Origin: Isurus oxyrinchus
Lineage: Eukaryota
NCBI GenBank assembly: GCA_026770705.1
Contig: JANJGN010000034.1
Location: 7,192,001 to 7,256,000, forward strand
DNA length: 64,000 nucleotides
Reading direction: 5' to 3'
Shown here: positions 24,950 to 39,151 of the stretch, one piece after another
Numbering within the stretch: position 1 is the stretch's first letter
How the letters are laid out: each line of letters begins with the position of its first letter
Position numbers and translations under genes: made by a program
Notes under the pieces: model-generated
Databases searched by the model: none
What the model was told of the DNA's origin: nothing
What the model saw: the letters and a program-made list of their open reading frames with translations, nothing else

Positions 24950-26799
24950 CAGAAGATTGTCTGTATGCACCTTACAACTACCTCTGCGAGTGCTGCATCT
25001 TGGAGACGCCCAAAATCCACCCTCTCAGCCCACCCCGCCCCAACCCGGCCACCCCCACCCATGCCACATTTCTGACGGCCGCATTGGTGGCCAGCCTGTA
25101 GACTTTGCAGCCCTGTGCGCCACCCTCCTGGGAGGGAGCTCTCCTCAGTCATTGCAGCCTCACTAGATGCCATGCTCGCTGGCAGAGGGTCAGAGGAGAT
25201 GGTGCCATTATTCAGAACGCCCTGAGCGGAGACCACAGAGATGATAAACAACTTGTCACCAAATTCAGGTCAGTCTGGGCCTCACAGTTCACCACTGATG
25301 GATGGGAACCGGGGAGAGATACTAGGTTTGTCACCTGCCTCTCACACCAGCAGTGACCTACTGAGCTCATCGCCTGTTTCAGAGCTTGCAGTCCGGACAG
25401 AAACCCAAGGAGCCTCTGATTTTGTTCCTGGAGCTGCCATTCAAATGAGGTCGCCACTCTCTCAAAGGAGAAGACAGTGCATTCTGTGCTGAGGGTCAAT
25501 GCCGTACTCATGATCCGATTGTACTCCTCCATGACAAAGATCATGACATGCAAACCCAAATAAATCTGTATTGGATTATTCTGCGCATCTGCTGGACATC
25601 CATCATTTGCCACTAATGGATTACTACAGATTCTCGGACTCAGCATGCTCCTAGTCTCCAGCAGTCCTCCAACTGCCGGCACCATTGCACTCTCTGCCTC
25701 TGCCTGCTTCTCATGCTAGTGTGTTGTATCCTTACCACTGTGCACCGACATTGTAGCCGACGATCTAATGCACACCGAGGTGCTGGTATCTGCACTGGTG
25801 CCTGATGCAGAGAGGGGGGGTGGCGCAGGTGCGTCTGAAAACCTGCTGGTCCTCGTCGCATCAAGGATTATCATCAGAGTCCTGCAATCGTTTGCTGGAA
25901 TGCAATTCTAGGGCAGAAAAATTGCATGAAACCAGTATTCATTATCACACTGTTAGTGTGCAGTCTAGGTGGGCTGGTGAGGCAATGGGGATATTTTTCA
26001 TTGTGCTGTCATCTTTCAGTGAACAATGGGGGCTCCAGGTTTGAGGATTCCAATCCAGATGAAACATCACAACAATGTTTACGCGCTCCAAAACCGTCAT
26101 ATCTGTGCATTGCACCCTTACTTTCGTCAGACACCCCTGCCGCTCCATGACACATTGAATGAGCTGGGCGCAAGCACTCATCCCTAAGCCATCCACCTCG
26201 TTCCTCAACAATATGAGTAGGTTATAGGCGGCTCCGTCTGCCCTTGTCCTCTTGATGTTGTCCTTCTCCTGAAAAGGGAGCGGAGCACTGAATAATCCAC
26301 TCTCTGCTTGTAGCACTATAGCAGCCTGAACATCACCACCTGCAGAACACCTGGCAGGGCAGTTCCAGTTCGTGGTGCTCAACCCGCAAAGCATCAGACC
26401 AAGCAGCCAGAGCTCATCGCCGATCTCATTGACAGTTGCCACTCAGGCTATTACACCCCTGAGCACCGTGGGGGCATGGCCAGCCGTTAACTCTGCTACA
26501 CAGAGATTCATGCCAACTCGGTGCTCGCTCTTGGCGAGCGAAATATTTTATTGAACCTTTTGCATCACTGCACCCATGTGCACTGCACAACATCACGGTC
26601 GCTGACCTGGGCTGCCACCTCTGCCCATGCTTTCTTGGTCAGGTGCAGTGGCCTCCTCTTACCATCCCGAGGGATGAGGATGGCCCCCTGAAACTGACCT
26701 CCTCCATGAGGATTACCAGGCACTCATCTGAGAATTCTGGAGCAAAGTGTCCACAGGACTTGCCCTCCTGCCTGTCTTGCCGAGAGGTGGAGATGCCAT
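24950..26799 (-). pseudogene. Harbinger Myb/SANT-like DNA-binding partner gene (NAIF1/MSANTD-type), spliced, decayed
   Basis: Minus strand: APEFSDECLVILMEEV…RDGKRRP…TKKAWAEVAAQVS…TWVQ*CKRFN; second exon after ccttttcag at 26268 reads EKDNIKRTRADG. 3' end approximate. Confidence 0.8.
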
Positions 26800-27281
26800 T
26801 GCTCTTTAAAAAAAATTGTCAAACAACTTCAAAGCTGGAAAGTGTCCCCTGGCTGTCTCTGCCCCTTTTAAATTTCCCATCATATCAGCGTTGGACACGG
26901 CGCCCAATAAGCCAACAATGGCCCTTCCTACCATTGAACGCCTTAATTGGCCACCCTGAGTGAAATTGTGTTGGAAGCGCGGTCACAGCCCGGAATGGAT
27001 TTTACATCTGCTCCCAGGCCCAGCAATTCGATCCGTATGCCAAGCGTTAAGTTCAGGCCCTCATATTCTCATTGCAGTTACATAATTTATCCCCCAAAAA
27101 GTCCTGCAATAAAGCAGGAACGTCGTCAAACCTATTACACATACTTATGGTGAAACCAGCATGTTTGCAACATTCTTGCTTTAACCCGATTGACAGCATG
27201 AATTGGTAATAAATTCTTGCCACATAGTGAATTTTTCGATTAATATCATACCTTTCTTGTTTACTTTCCACCCTTTAACAG

Positions 27282-27308
27282 AAGACAAACTCAAAGTAAA
27301 GGAAACAG
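27282..27308 (+). CDS. Micro-exon 8 (27 nt): (E)DKLKVKET
   Basis: tttcttgtttactttccaccctttaacag|AAGACAAACTC…GAAACAG|gtaata. Confidence 0.85.
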
Positions 27309-27862
27309 GTAATATAATTCTTCATGTTAAAGCACCAAAAAATTGAGCAATTTTTTATCACATACTTTTACGCCTTCCGTTTTATTTCAATGCATGTGTT
27401 TCTTTCAAAATTGTTTTGTTTCAAAATACATATTGCAAACGTTAGTAGAGAAAAGATGATATCAAGTGTTTCCCTAGCTAAGGTGTGAATGCAACACAGG
27501 AGGGCATAAATATGGTTATAGTATATTCATCGACAAAAACAATAACAGATAAGTCCATAATTTCCTTTTACCAAATAGTCCTGTGACTGTGGAAATCATT
27601 GCCAGTTCGAGTCATTGAGTGGAATAGCAAAGGTTTCTTTTAAGCAGTCACTAGTTCGACTTGGAAGTATGGAAAAGGGCATTATTCTGATAAGGTTAAA
27701 AAAGTAAACAGAAATGACAATGGCGCGGAGCATATAGATTGCATTGAACAGCTGGATGTAAAAGCTGTTTGCTGTTGTAAGGAGAATGTAATAATAATGG
27801 GTAGCAGTTATAAAATGTTTTTGAAAGCTAAACATTCAAACGTTCCCCTTTCTACATTCCAG

Positions 27863-27898
27863 AGTTGAAAAAATGCCAAGAAGCTTTAAAGGGTGCAG
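27863..27898 (+). CDS. Micro-exon 9 (36 nt): (E)LKKCQEALKGA
   Basis: ttcccctttctacattccag|AGTTGAAAAAATGC…GGTGCAG|gtggag; shares a 22-nt identical core with exon 60315. Confidence 0.85.
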
Positions 27899-29710
27899 GT
27901 GGAGAAAGTTTCTGGTGTCTCTCTGAAATCGTTGTTATCAAAGATTATCTCATTATTACTTGCTGAGACTCAGAATTAACAAAACCTTACAAATGTCGCT
28001 GGAAAATTGTGCATCATTAAATCTTTAAAGTGCAAAATTAACATTGATATCATGGAGTCATCAAGTGGAGTGTGAAGTCGTTCGATAAAATGTACCAGTA
28101 CCTGTTGCCTCTACGAGTTAAGCAATTACACTCAAGCCCATTCTATTTACTTATTGTCCTCCAAACTGTCCCACAGGGCAACACAATTATTCTAATTTTC
28201 CCGCATGTTTTGCATTCTTTTTGCATCTCACCTTATATATCTGCCCCTTTTCACTGACACTCGTGGCAGCATTTACTCATTCAAGACTCTTCACAAACTT
28301 GCAATGATTTTGTTATATCGCCGCCAAAGTTTCTGAGGAAGCAGAACAACCCCAGTTGTCCCTTGTCTCGATTCATGATGTACATCCCTCATCGTTCAAA
28401 GTATCTTGTGAAATTTCCTCTCTAATCTCCTTTTCAGAGTCCTTGACATTGTTCTGAAAGACTGGCCGCAGAATTTGGATTCAATGCGCCAAGTGGGGCT
28501 TCACCAACTTCTTCTCCAGAATGCTGCATTCAGTGAATGAGTGCAAACTAGAAGTTAATTTTGGATTGCAGTACAATACTGGAGCAGATAATAATTGTCC
28601 ATCTGAAAAAGGTCAAGCAGATATTCAATTTGAAAGATTTCCAGGATCTGAACCAATTAATCATTTGAATCTTAACGCTGGATTATTCGATGTATCTGTA
28701 CCCATTTTTAGATAGTGTTCCTCTTTAAGATAACTTGACATATAGCAGTCCCACAGCAGTAGTGTCGCAACACAACATCTCTGGAGTGCTGTTTCACAAT
28801 TTCACAAGCGTCCAGCCAGTCTGTCCATGAAGGCTTATCTGCTGCAGGAGCCTAGCCCTCATATATTTCTACATATTAAATGCTCAGTGAATCCTTTATC
28901 ATACTTTCCTGACAGGGTGCATTATTTTATACAATTATTTACTTGATTTGATTTAACTTGTCCAATTTTAAAATATGAATCATGCTTTGCCGCCTGGCCA
29001 AGTAAGTTCATTATCTCAGGATCTCCAATTGCATGTGGCTTTCTACTACAGGATCCTTATCAACTCGGTAAATTTCCCATGCTGGTGCTTGGCTAAGCAG
29101 GGGCATCGTGATGCCTTGAGACTCATATCTGTCATCTTGGACTCGATTAACCCCGTTTAATCTTCGCCCCTTAGCCTGCTCCCTAAGAATTCGGCCTAAA
29201 TGTTTTCTTTTGCGTCTCCCAAACAGGCATAGGCTGGCTGTTTGGCACAGTAACATTTCTGCTGAATATTGCCTTTTAGAACAAGGAAAACCCACACCAG
29301 GGCATTTCACCCCGGAGTTAAAAAACCATAACATACGAAAGCTTTCAAAAAAAACAGAGAAAATTATGGTTTAGAATCTATAAATCAAAGTAGTGCAGTG
29401 CACATGGAATGAAGGATTTTTAGGGGATTCTTACACTGCTTTCAATGAAAATGGATATCATATGGGTCTTGGATGAACGCACCTTGTGGAATTGTTTACC
29501 TCTACCGGCAAGAATGAATGGCCACCACCCTCACCACCGCCGTGAACTGTTGACTCAATGCTGCAATGGTGAAACGTATTTGTAACCGCGGATGCCTAGT
29601 TAACTGACAGCAGGTGAATGACAAGGTACTTTGCTCTGTAATAAATTTCCTCAAACAGACACTAAGCAATATAACTCCATAATCTTTGGTTTCTTTTTAC
29701 TATTTAACAG

Positions 29711-29737
29711 AGGAATTTCTTGCTGAAAAAGATAAAG
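29711..29737 (+). CDS. Micro-exon 10 (27 nt): (E)EFLAEKDK
   Basis: ggtttctttttactatttaacag|AGGAATTTCTT…GATAAAG|gtaatc. Confidence 0.85.
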
Positions 29738-29869
29738 GTAATCGTTTCCCACAAGGCAAGCTGCATAAGCACATCGGGGAGAAAAACCATTGGTTATACG
29801 GACTTCCCTTGGATGAAGGATGATAGTAGGTGGTTCATATGGAGTGAACGAATAAAATACATACTGCTC

Positions 29870-31765
29870 GGCTGAATGAACCATCCATGCAATTACGGCA
29901 GAGAGTTATCCCATCGATTTCCATTGACTGCAGATATGCTCGGAATCCTTGAAGCCACACTTAGTCAGGTTATGCCTTGATGTCAAGGACAGGCACTCTG
30001 AATTCAGCTCTGGGGTTCAGGTATTTTGTTCCTGTTTGAAAACAAGGCTGTAATAAAGTCAGGGTCTGACTGGACCTGGCAGAGCGTCAGTGAGCAGGCT
30101 ATCAATAAGCTGGTGCTGCTTGATAGCACTGTTGTTTGCACCTTCCATCACTTTGCTAATTTTTGAGAGTAAACAGATAGTTTGTTAATTGGGCAGGCTT
30201 TATTTGTCTGCTTTTTATGTAGAGGTCATACCTGGGAGATTTACCACATTGCCGGGTAAATGTCTGTGTTTTGGCTGTACTTGAACAGCTTGGCTAGGTA
30301 TGTGCCAAGTTCTGGAGCCGAAGTCTTCAGTACTATTGCTGGAATGTAGTCAGGGCCCATGGCATTTGCAGCATCTAATGCTATCAGCCGTTTCATGATA
30401 TCACGTGAGTGAATCGAATTGTTTGAAGACTGGCAGCACCGATTCTGCGGACCCTTGGCGGAGGCCGAGATGAATCACCTGCTGGGCACTTCTGGGTGAA
30501 GATTGTTGCGAATGCTTCACCCTTATATTTCGCAATGATATGCTCAGCTACTCTATCATTCAGGATTGGGATATTTGTGGAGACCATCCTCCAATGAGCT
30601 GCTTAAGTGACCACTAGCATTCCCCATTGGATGTAGCAAGTCTGCAGAGCTCAGATCCGATCCATTTGCTGTGGGCTTGCTTAGCTCTGTCTATCATTTG
30701 CTGCTTATGCTGTTTTGCACGAAAGTAGACCTGGCAAAGTTGTTTCTTTAGCAGGTTAATGTCTTATTCTTCGGCATGTCTGTTGCTGCTCCCAGCATGC
30801 CTTCCTGCATACTTCATTGAACCAGGGTTGACCCGCTGGGCTGGTGGTTATCTTTGAGTGGGTTTTTTGCCAGGCCATGCGGTTATAGATTGTGGTTGAA
30901 TACAATTCTGCTGCTGATGATGGCCCACAACGCCTCATGGATGTGCAGTCTTGAGTTGCTAGGTATGTTCGAATGTAGCCGATTTACCACGGTGGGCATC
31001 CCATGCAACACAAAGGAGGGTGCCCTCAATGAGAAGACAGGACTTCGTCTCCGCAAGGGCTATGCTGTGGTCACTCCTTCTGACGCTGAGATGATCAGAT
31101 GCATCTGTTACAACGATTTTGGTGAGGATGAGGTCATGTATCTTTTCCCCCTCTTGTTCTTTCCGTCGCCACCAGCCACAGACACAGTCTAGCAACTATA
31201 TCATTCAGTGCTCGGCCTGCTATGCTTGTGGTGGCGCTATTGAGCCACTCTTGGTGATAGACGTTGGAGTCCGCAACAGGGTACGTTCTGCACCCTTGCT
31301 AACATCAGTTCTGAAGCCAAGTCGTGTTCGACATGGAGCAGTGCTAATTCGTCAGCTGAGGAGCAGTGGGACAGGGGGTGGGGTTGTTGGTTTTGCACAT
31401 TACGTGGTAATCAACAGGAATTTTCCTTGTCCATATTTGAGCTGACGGCATGAGACTTTATGGTAGCCAGAGTCGATGTTGAGCACTCCCAGTGCAACTG
31501 ATTCGCAGTTGTATTCTGCCTCATCTGTTGCCACATCTACTTGGTATGTCCTTTCAGTCGGTGAGGACTTACCAACGGATGGTTATGGTGATGTTTGGGA
31601 CATGATCTGTAATGTATGTTTCTGTCAGTATGAATATGTGAGGTTGTCGATTGGCTGGTCTGTGAGACAGCTCTCCCAATTTTAGCATAAGCCCCCAGAT
31701 GTTAATGAGGAGGGCTTTACAGGTTCAACAGGGCTGGGTTTGTTGTTGTCGGTCCCGGTGCATAG
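29870..31765 (-). mobile_element. Decayed L2/Crack-type LINE (endonuclease to mid-RT)
   Basis: GEKIHDLILTK…SDHSIAL, QPWFNEVCRKAC, NIPILND…KGEAFATIFTQKC on the minus strand. Confidence 0.8.
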
Positions 31766-32429
31766 GTTGATTTCATTCATTTTTATAAACATTTTAACGA
31801 TTTGTGTAAATCGGTAATTTCGGAATTAAGATGCTGCTGGAAACCTAGTTTCACTTCATTCAACAAGTGGCGACTTTTCTGGCTTTTTAGCAGCAGCACT
31901 AACAGCGGGAAAAAGGAAGTTCTCAACAGTATGCTGATTACTTAGGGATTGTACACTCGGTGGTCCCCAGCACCTTCTGGAGAAGCTTAGAATTACAGAG
32001 AACAGCTTCTGAATGTCTCCGTTATTCATCGCATGTAGAGAATCCTGCAATCATTCCCAATTTCAGTTGAGTGATGGCTATGAATGCTGACTGTGTTGTT
32101 GCCCACACCTGCTATGCACTAAAGCAAATGAATGGCGTGGCGAATTGTACGGCAAGTTCTCTCAATAAAGACAGGGTTATTTATCCAGAAAAATACAATG
32201 AGATAATTAAACAATTAGCTTTCTAATAGCTTTTCTTTTTGAATTCGAGGCGAAAATAATGTGTAAGTCTTTGTAGCATAGAAGTAATTTTTTGGGCTGA
32301 TGCGCATATGTTGATTCTCTGAAAGATTAAACGCTCTGACAACAGTGTTTGAATCTGCAACAAACAAATCTCAGGCACTTCATTATAGATCCTCAACAAT
32401 CGATCCATTAAAAACGCTCATGGCACCGT

Positions 32430-34830
32430 TGATTATTTTGCTAATCACCTCCAATCAGACCCCTCTGGTTTCTGACACTAACAATAATGATTAAAATGCT
32501 TTTATTTTTCTTTGTCCTGTCTAGCTTGATCATGACTTTGAATTCTGCCAATAAATTTCTTCTCAAGCTTCCTTCCCCTGAGGAAAACCAATCCAGATTA
32601 TCTGATCCATCGACGAAAATCAAGTTGTTCATCCCTGGAAACATTCCCATTAATCTATACGGCAACGTCTCCAAAAACTTCACACCCTTCCTTAAGTTTG
32701 GCACAGATTCACACACATCTTAACACATCAGATAGAAGAAGCAGCAGGCCATTATTCCCCTCAACCTGATCCCTCGACGGACTACAATGCCATTTTCCAG
32801 CAATATCTCTATATCCCTCGGTACATTTACTATCTACAAATTGGCGAATGTTCGACTTAAATATACTGAACGCTGGAGCCCCAACAGCCCTCTGAGGTAC
32901 AGAATGCCAGAGGTTAATCACCCAATGAGTGCAGAAATGAATCCTAATTTCAATCCTATATGCCATACCCTTCATTCAGCGACTGTGGTCCTGGTCCCAG
33001 GCACCCCAGTTAGGGATATCACCTTTTCGGCATCTACCCTTTCGAGACCTTTGCTTATTTTGTCTGCTTCAATAAGGTCACCTCGCATTCTTCTAAACTC
33101 CAGAGAATATACCTCAGTCTCCTCAATAACTCCTCACAGGAAAATGCCTCCATCCAGTGATCAGTTTGCTGGACCTTCGTTTCGCCCCCTCTGTGATAAG
33201 GATATCCTTACTTATGTAAGAAGGCAACTAATTACAGTTGTATTTTAATGCTTGCCTGTATTTATGAACCCTATGCCTTTTTAAAGCACGATTGGAAATC
33301 ATTCCTGCCTGCTTTAAGAATTGGCAGATACATAGCCACAGATCTCTCTCCTTATACACTTTCCATGGAATGTTGCCATTTACTTTATATTGCCTCTTGT
33401 TGTTTATATCAAACAGTGTCACCTCACCATTATTTATGTAAATTTCATATTCCAAGAGTATCTCCATGACATGAGTCTGTTTACCTAATATCACTATCTT
33501 CCTCACAGTTCGCAATATTTCCAAGGTTAGTGCCACCTGTAAGTTTTGCAATTGTGCCCTGAAATATCCAAGCTGATCATTAAAACAGATCTCCAAAAGC
33601 TCGTACCGAGGTCAGGCAAAATATTGTATTCCTTCTACCAGTCCAGAAAGCAACTGCTGATCAACACGCTATAAGTTTCATGCAGCTAACTTCGCACCTT
33701 CACTGCAATTTAGCCTTTTGGTCCACGTGCTTCACTGTTGCTGACAAGCCTGTTATGTGACCATAAACCAAATAGATTTGGACAGCACGTCACAAGAAAT
33801 CAACAACCTCACGCTCATACATTACCAAAGCATAGAATGCAATCAACTTTTGTAACAAATTTTTTCTTCAGCAAATCCATGCTAGCATTATTTAAGTTTA
33901 TCCATACTTTCCCAAGTGACAGAAACTTTTTTCCAGACTTATCTGCTCTAAGAAGCTGTGCCATCGCTCTAGTTAAACGGGCCAATCGGTCATTATTGAG
34001 TTCAATCGTACACCATTCCCTGGAAAAAAGAGGCAGCAATTACAGTTCTCCAATGTCATCCACGTACCGAAGAACACTAGCAGAAAATAACCAGCACCTT
34101 TCGATGTTGCGCTGTTACTTCCATCAGTATCTTTCGATACATCCCGACCTGTCCTTGTGGCATTTCGATGTCAAATCCTGTCTTTCAATATCCCCCATTT
34201 AGCAATTTACACCCCGCCCAACAATTCAAATGGCTCCTGTTGCATCACACAATTGGCAGTACCTTAATTTGTATAGACATTTGAAAAACATTCAATTATT
34301 GGGCAAAATTGTCCTCTACATTCATGAGTAAATCATCAAATTGGTCCCCTTTCTGCTCCACAGCTGCTGACAGCATCCCCTTGCGATTGATACGCACACA
34401 GAAGACTTCTCGGAACCTTTCCATGTTATCCGCTATTCCTTTTCCCTACACTCTCCTTGCTATTTTTTTTTTATTTCCACTTCAATGGTCCATGTGAGTA
34501 TTTTATGCGCAACCTGTTTCTCATTGTTACTATTGAATTAACCTCTAACATAAACAATGTTTTCTCTCCTCATTTCACGTTCCTCCCTTTTGTCATCCAG
34601 TAAATGCTCACCTTTTCTACCTGCTTCCTCCTTCATAGAAATCAATCATTCAACTAGACCTTGGTCTGCCAATTTTTGATTCCAGTTTATCTAAGGCAAT
34701 CTTTTTTATACACTACTGAAATTTATCTTGCTTCAATTAATCATTCTAAGCTCCTTATAGCTGATCTTTTCCTTTCCATGGTTATCAAAAACTTAACAGG
34801 CTACCACTTCGATAAAAGTTCTGCTGCAAA
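32430..34830 (-). mobile_element. Decayed CR1 LINE pieces
   Basis: FCTHWVINLWHSVPQRAV; KLFIPGNIPINL (reverse of RFTRMIPG); minus-strand RT remnants. Confidence 0.7.
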
Positions 34831-35696
34831 AATTTGACCTACTTGACTCTAGAAGCAAATGCAACAACGACAAAAACAACAACAGTGTCTGTTGATTAGA
34901 CAGAACCTGGCGGAGCAGAACTGACTAGGCAGAGGCTGTCACCATGGCTGAATAATAGCGGGGTAGGGCGGAGCTGATTGGAGGAAGCAGCAAAACAGTT
35001 AATAAATCAGATCTACATAAGATGATTAACATGTTTGGAGCAGGAAACACAGGCGGTTGATATTTTAGAGCTAATTTTGTGTGCTCCAAAATATAGATGC
35101 AACATAAAATAGGAAGCTAGGCCAAGGCAATACATGGATTTTTGCGTGATAGAGGAGGTGGGTGCAGATTCTTGGGCATTGGGAAGAGTTCTGGACCAGG
35201 AGACACAATTTCTAAAAGGGCGAATTGCACTTCATCAGGACTGGGTCCAAAGTGCACATCGTAAAGTTCACAAATATGAATCGGGAAGTTTACGGACAAA
35301 TTGGTGCTTGCATAGGAGGTGGCATATATAGAAAAGTGAAATATAGCGCATAAAACATTCAGTGTGTTGGACAGTAAGGGTAGCAAGGGCATAGAATATA
35401 TGATGTGCGTACACCTGAATGTTGGTCACCAATTGTGGCTCAGCAGCACCACTGGTGAACGAGCTGGCTCAAGTTCGAATGACGTGTCCACTTGTCTTGG
35501 CCTGTGACAGGTAGTGAGGGAACCAAAACATGTGAAAAAATCTACTAATTATCGCTATCACCATTCTACCTGTCACGGTGCCCTTGTAGGTGTGAAAAGT
35601 GGACATTGTTTGTGGAGAAGAAGTTATATCTTCACTCTAGGATACATGACCCATGTTGTATAGCATGATCTGACTTCTAAACCGAATAAATACATT

Positions 35697-35810
35697 AGGA
35701 CTCGAAACGTCCACTCTTTTCTTCTCCGCCGATGCTGCCAGAAATGCTGAGTTTTTCCAGGTAATTCTGTTTTTGTTTGGATTTCCAGCATCTGCAGTTT
35801 TTTTGTTATT
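35697..35810 (+). mobile_element. Single-arm copy of the young Penelope-derived element (3' half of hammerhead core only)
   Basis: aggactcgaaacgtccactcttttcttctccgccgatgctgccag…ggtaattctgtttttgtttggatttccagcatctgcagttttt. Confidence 0.85.
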
Positions 35811-35829
35811 AAATACAGAACAGACCTGG

Positions 35830-36410
35830 TTGTTAAAAATTTGGCACCCATGGAACGATGTGAGCCATCAGCAGCGGCTGAACTATATGACCAGCCCGCT
35901 GGAGACCCATGGCCTGGAATACCCCTCAGTATAACGTCACCATCAAGCCCGTGAACAGCTCCGGATCAATATGATAGTGAAGGGCAAGTGAGCCGCTGGG
36001 AAATGGATCAAGCCCAAGCTCAGCCACCCTGCCACATCTAGTCATAGATGATGGTGGTAAATTAAGGAACTCACTCGAGTTGGAATCTTCACAAAAATCG
36101 GAGCACACACTGATGGCAGCATTCAGCAGACAGTGGAAAGGACAATGCCGAAATATTTGCAGCAGTTATCATTTAGAAGTGCAAACTGGATGACCCATCT
36201 TGGCCTCTTCCTGAGGTCTGAAATATCACAAATGCAAGACTTCAGCAAATTCGGTTCATTCCATATAATATCATGTACGGCCGAAATACAAGCAAAAGCA
36301 AAAAACTCTGACGACATGCTGATAGAATCGAAGTCATATGCTCCAGAACTAGCCATGCTTGCAGCCCAACTGTTCCAGTCCTGTGGATATACCAACATCA
36401 AATGGACTGC
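35830..36410 (+). mobile_element. L2/Crack-type LINE middle fragment
   Basis: gccatcagcagcggctgaact…APELAMLAAQLFQSC. Confidence 0.6.
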
Positions 36411-36589
36411 AACATTTAAAGATAGCAGCTTGCCGGCACATTATCAGAGACAATTATGGATCACAAACAAATGTTTGACTTGTCAGTAATCGTCGCATCC
36501 CAAAACATTATAAAACGTTGGAATGAAGTGTGATGCGATCTTTCCAAGGCAGAACAGAACAAAAAAATATGATTGATTTGTTGCAGACA

Positions 36590-36925
36590 ATGATGTACTG
36601 GTGACGTAAATGGACACTAGTCTTTTGGCCGAGACTGATGCTCTGGGGACTTGATGTCAAAAGCCAAACGGCAACTTGTGGAATGTAAACTAATCAATAG
36701 ACTCTGAGGTATGAAGCAAACTAAAGCAATCATTAATGTAATTATAATAATGGAGCTGTTATTGACTGTAGTGCAAAAAGAAACATTTGGATCACTAATG
36801 TCCTTTAGGGAAAGAAAATTGTCAATCTTACCTGGTTTGACTCCAGGCAGAAAATAATTTGTCTGACTACTAAATGCCTTTTGAAGTGGCTTAGCAAGCC
36901 ACTCAGCTAAAGGGCAACCAGCAAT
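36590..36925 (+). mobile_element. Deu-domain tRNA SINE
   Basis: cactaatgtcctttagggaaag…tcttacctgg…gaagtggcttagcaagccactcag. Confidence 0.6.
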
Positions 36926-37049
36926 GTACAACGAATTACAGCCCTGATAACGATACACACATAAAGGAAAAACTGTAACAGAACAATGGCCAATCCTGGT
37001 GCCGCGAAATGTTACTGGCATATGCTGGGCAGATGCAAGAAAGACCAAC

Positions 37050-38900
37050 AGGTAAAGTAGTCAATGTACTGTTTCTTGTATGAGGAGCTATATCAAGTAT
37101 AAATGGAATTATAACAACAGACTCTATGATACATGCCATGTGAGTTTTTAAAGCGAGCGCAAGGAGAGAGACAATATAGGGAGAGCAGCAATGAACTGCA
37201 GAATAAAACTGGCAACTAGAGAAAACGAAGCAAGAATGGCAATCAGCCTAAAAGTGAGCACATGTGTGTTCCACAGGCATGCAGACATTAGCGGTTTGTA
37301 ATGAGATGGACATATTAGCGACAAGTGGAGTCAGAGGGCAAGGTGATAATGCTTAATGGACACTTCCTATCGGTGTTTACTGTGCGACACTCTGCTTTAC
37401 AATACCACCGACAATCGCAACAAAAGTGCTTAATCTAGAAAGAGTGCAAAAGTGTTTCAGTAACTAAGAGCGACTCCATTTATTATCACTGGAGGGGAAA
37501 GTTTTAAAAGGAATAATCACAGGAAAAAGAACAGAACCGACATTTGGAAAATATTTAGTTAATGAAAGAGAGAAGTACATGTTTATACTTTAACAAAGTG
37601 GTTGATTTTTTTCCCACTGATAGAGATGGTTGGTGATGTGAATGGATGTTGGAAGGCAGGCTACATTTTTTTCCAGTGATGCCAAACGTTGACCTGAAGC
37701 AGACGTTAATGATGAATATCAATCGACTGCCAGAGAAAGTAACCTTGCCAGCAGAATGGACAGAAAATTAGCACTTGTGCATTTTTCGGTGAAACACATT
37801 GGCAGGTCATGCTGAAAGTGGCTAAAATATTTTTAAAATGCGTCCTTCATATTCATCAATCGAAATATTGCAGACAAAGGGAGGAGTCATATGCTAAAGG
37901 GTTTATTGGGTATTAAGACCTGGATTTGTGCAGCTCCAGTGACGCTCAGGAAGCCTGACACTATCCAGCACCCAACCCATTAACATTCAACCCCTCCACC
38001 ATCGATACACAGTAGCAGCAGTGTGTACCATCTACAGGATGCACAGCAGGAACTTGCCCAGGCTCCACAAATAGCACCTTCCAAGCCCACGATTGGTACC
38101 TTCCGGCAGGAAAAGGGCAGCAAATACATTAGCGCTCCACAACCTGGAAGTTCCCCATCGAGGACATTCAACATCATGACTTAGAAATATATCGGCGTTT
38201 GTTCACGGTCATTGGGTCAAAATCTTGGAGCGCCGGCCCAAAAAGCACTGTGGGTGTACTTACCGGTTCAAGAAGGCAGCTCACCACCAGTTTCTCAAGT
38301 TCAATTAGGGATGTGCAATAAATGCTGGCCTAGACAGCGACTCCGACGCTCCATGAATGAATAAAAGAGAAATTAGTATATCACATCTAGCATGCATCAC
38401 CGCACTTTAGGAAGGATGTGGTGATTCTTCAGCGGCTGCAGTGATTTATCAAAATAGCTATGGTGATTAAGTAATTTAGCACAATTTCTTTCAAGAAAGT
38501 GCATTATTCTCCTTGGAGGGAAGGGGATTAAGGGAAGATTTTACAGATAGTACAGGATTCTGACAGGTTTCGATAATAAAGAACAAAAAAAACTACTTAT
38601 TTGGGTGTAGGGACATAAATTAAGATTTTGGGCAAGAGATTAGGGGGAATTTGCCGAAGAATATTTTCCTTCGAACTCAGCTATTGATACAGGCCTGCAA
38701 CGTGTTGCCTACGATGGAGGTAGAAGCGGAGAGAATGGTTTCTTGCAATGAAAAGCTGATTGACAATTGAGAGAAATAGACTTGCAGGGTTATGAGGGTA
38801 GGATGGTGGAAGTGCGTTGAGTGAATTGCTCTGAATTTAGGTGGCATAGAGTCGATGTGATGAATAGTTTCCTTATGTAACAAAATAACTCTGTGGCTCA
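37050..38900 (+). mobile_element. Decayed CR1 LINE interrupted by an L2/Crack 3' end (about 37925-38368)
   Basis: gcactttaggaaggatgtg…attctccttggag…agatagtacaggattctgacaggtttcgat; inner tail caattagggatgtgcaataaatgctggcc…atgaatgaataaa. Confidence 0.6.
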
Positions 38901-39124
38901 ATGACGCCTCCAGCATGGTTTGGAATCGCTAAACCTAGTCCAATGTTGGTAGCATACACCATATACACAGTATTGTAATGACGTCCCCACTGTTCCGTAA
39001 ATCTGTTACATTCTGACCGGGAATTGAAGTGCAAAGACAGCTTCACTTTCTGTTCAACCTAGAAATAAGTTCAAATGCATATCTTCCTACATTTCTCAAA
39101 CTATTGAAATGCCGTTTTTCTTAG

Positions 39125-39151
39125 AATTTGAACAATTGGAGCAGAAGTGCA
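39125..39151 (+). CDS. Micro-exon 11 (27 nt): (E)FEQLEQKC
   Basis: gccgtttttcttag|AATTTGAACAATTGGAGCAGAAGTGCA|gtaagt. Confidence 0.75.

Larger units (their letters stand above)
22951..27060. mobile_element. PIF/Harbinger DNA transposon, near full length (about 4.1 kb), decayed
   Basis: Convergent transposase (+) and Myb/SANT (-) genes; imperfect terminal inverted repeats tggcttgaaatttatg / cgttaagttcaggccc; GC-richer than the flanks. Confidence 0.8.

Noticed and set aside
32230-32262. 33-nt phase-1 candidate exon (A)FLFEFEAKIM with gtaagt donor
   Set aside because: Joining to exon 39125 creates TAA, and it is unlike the other classes.
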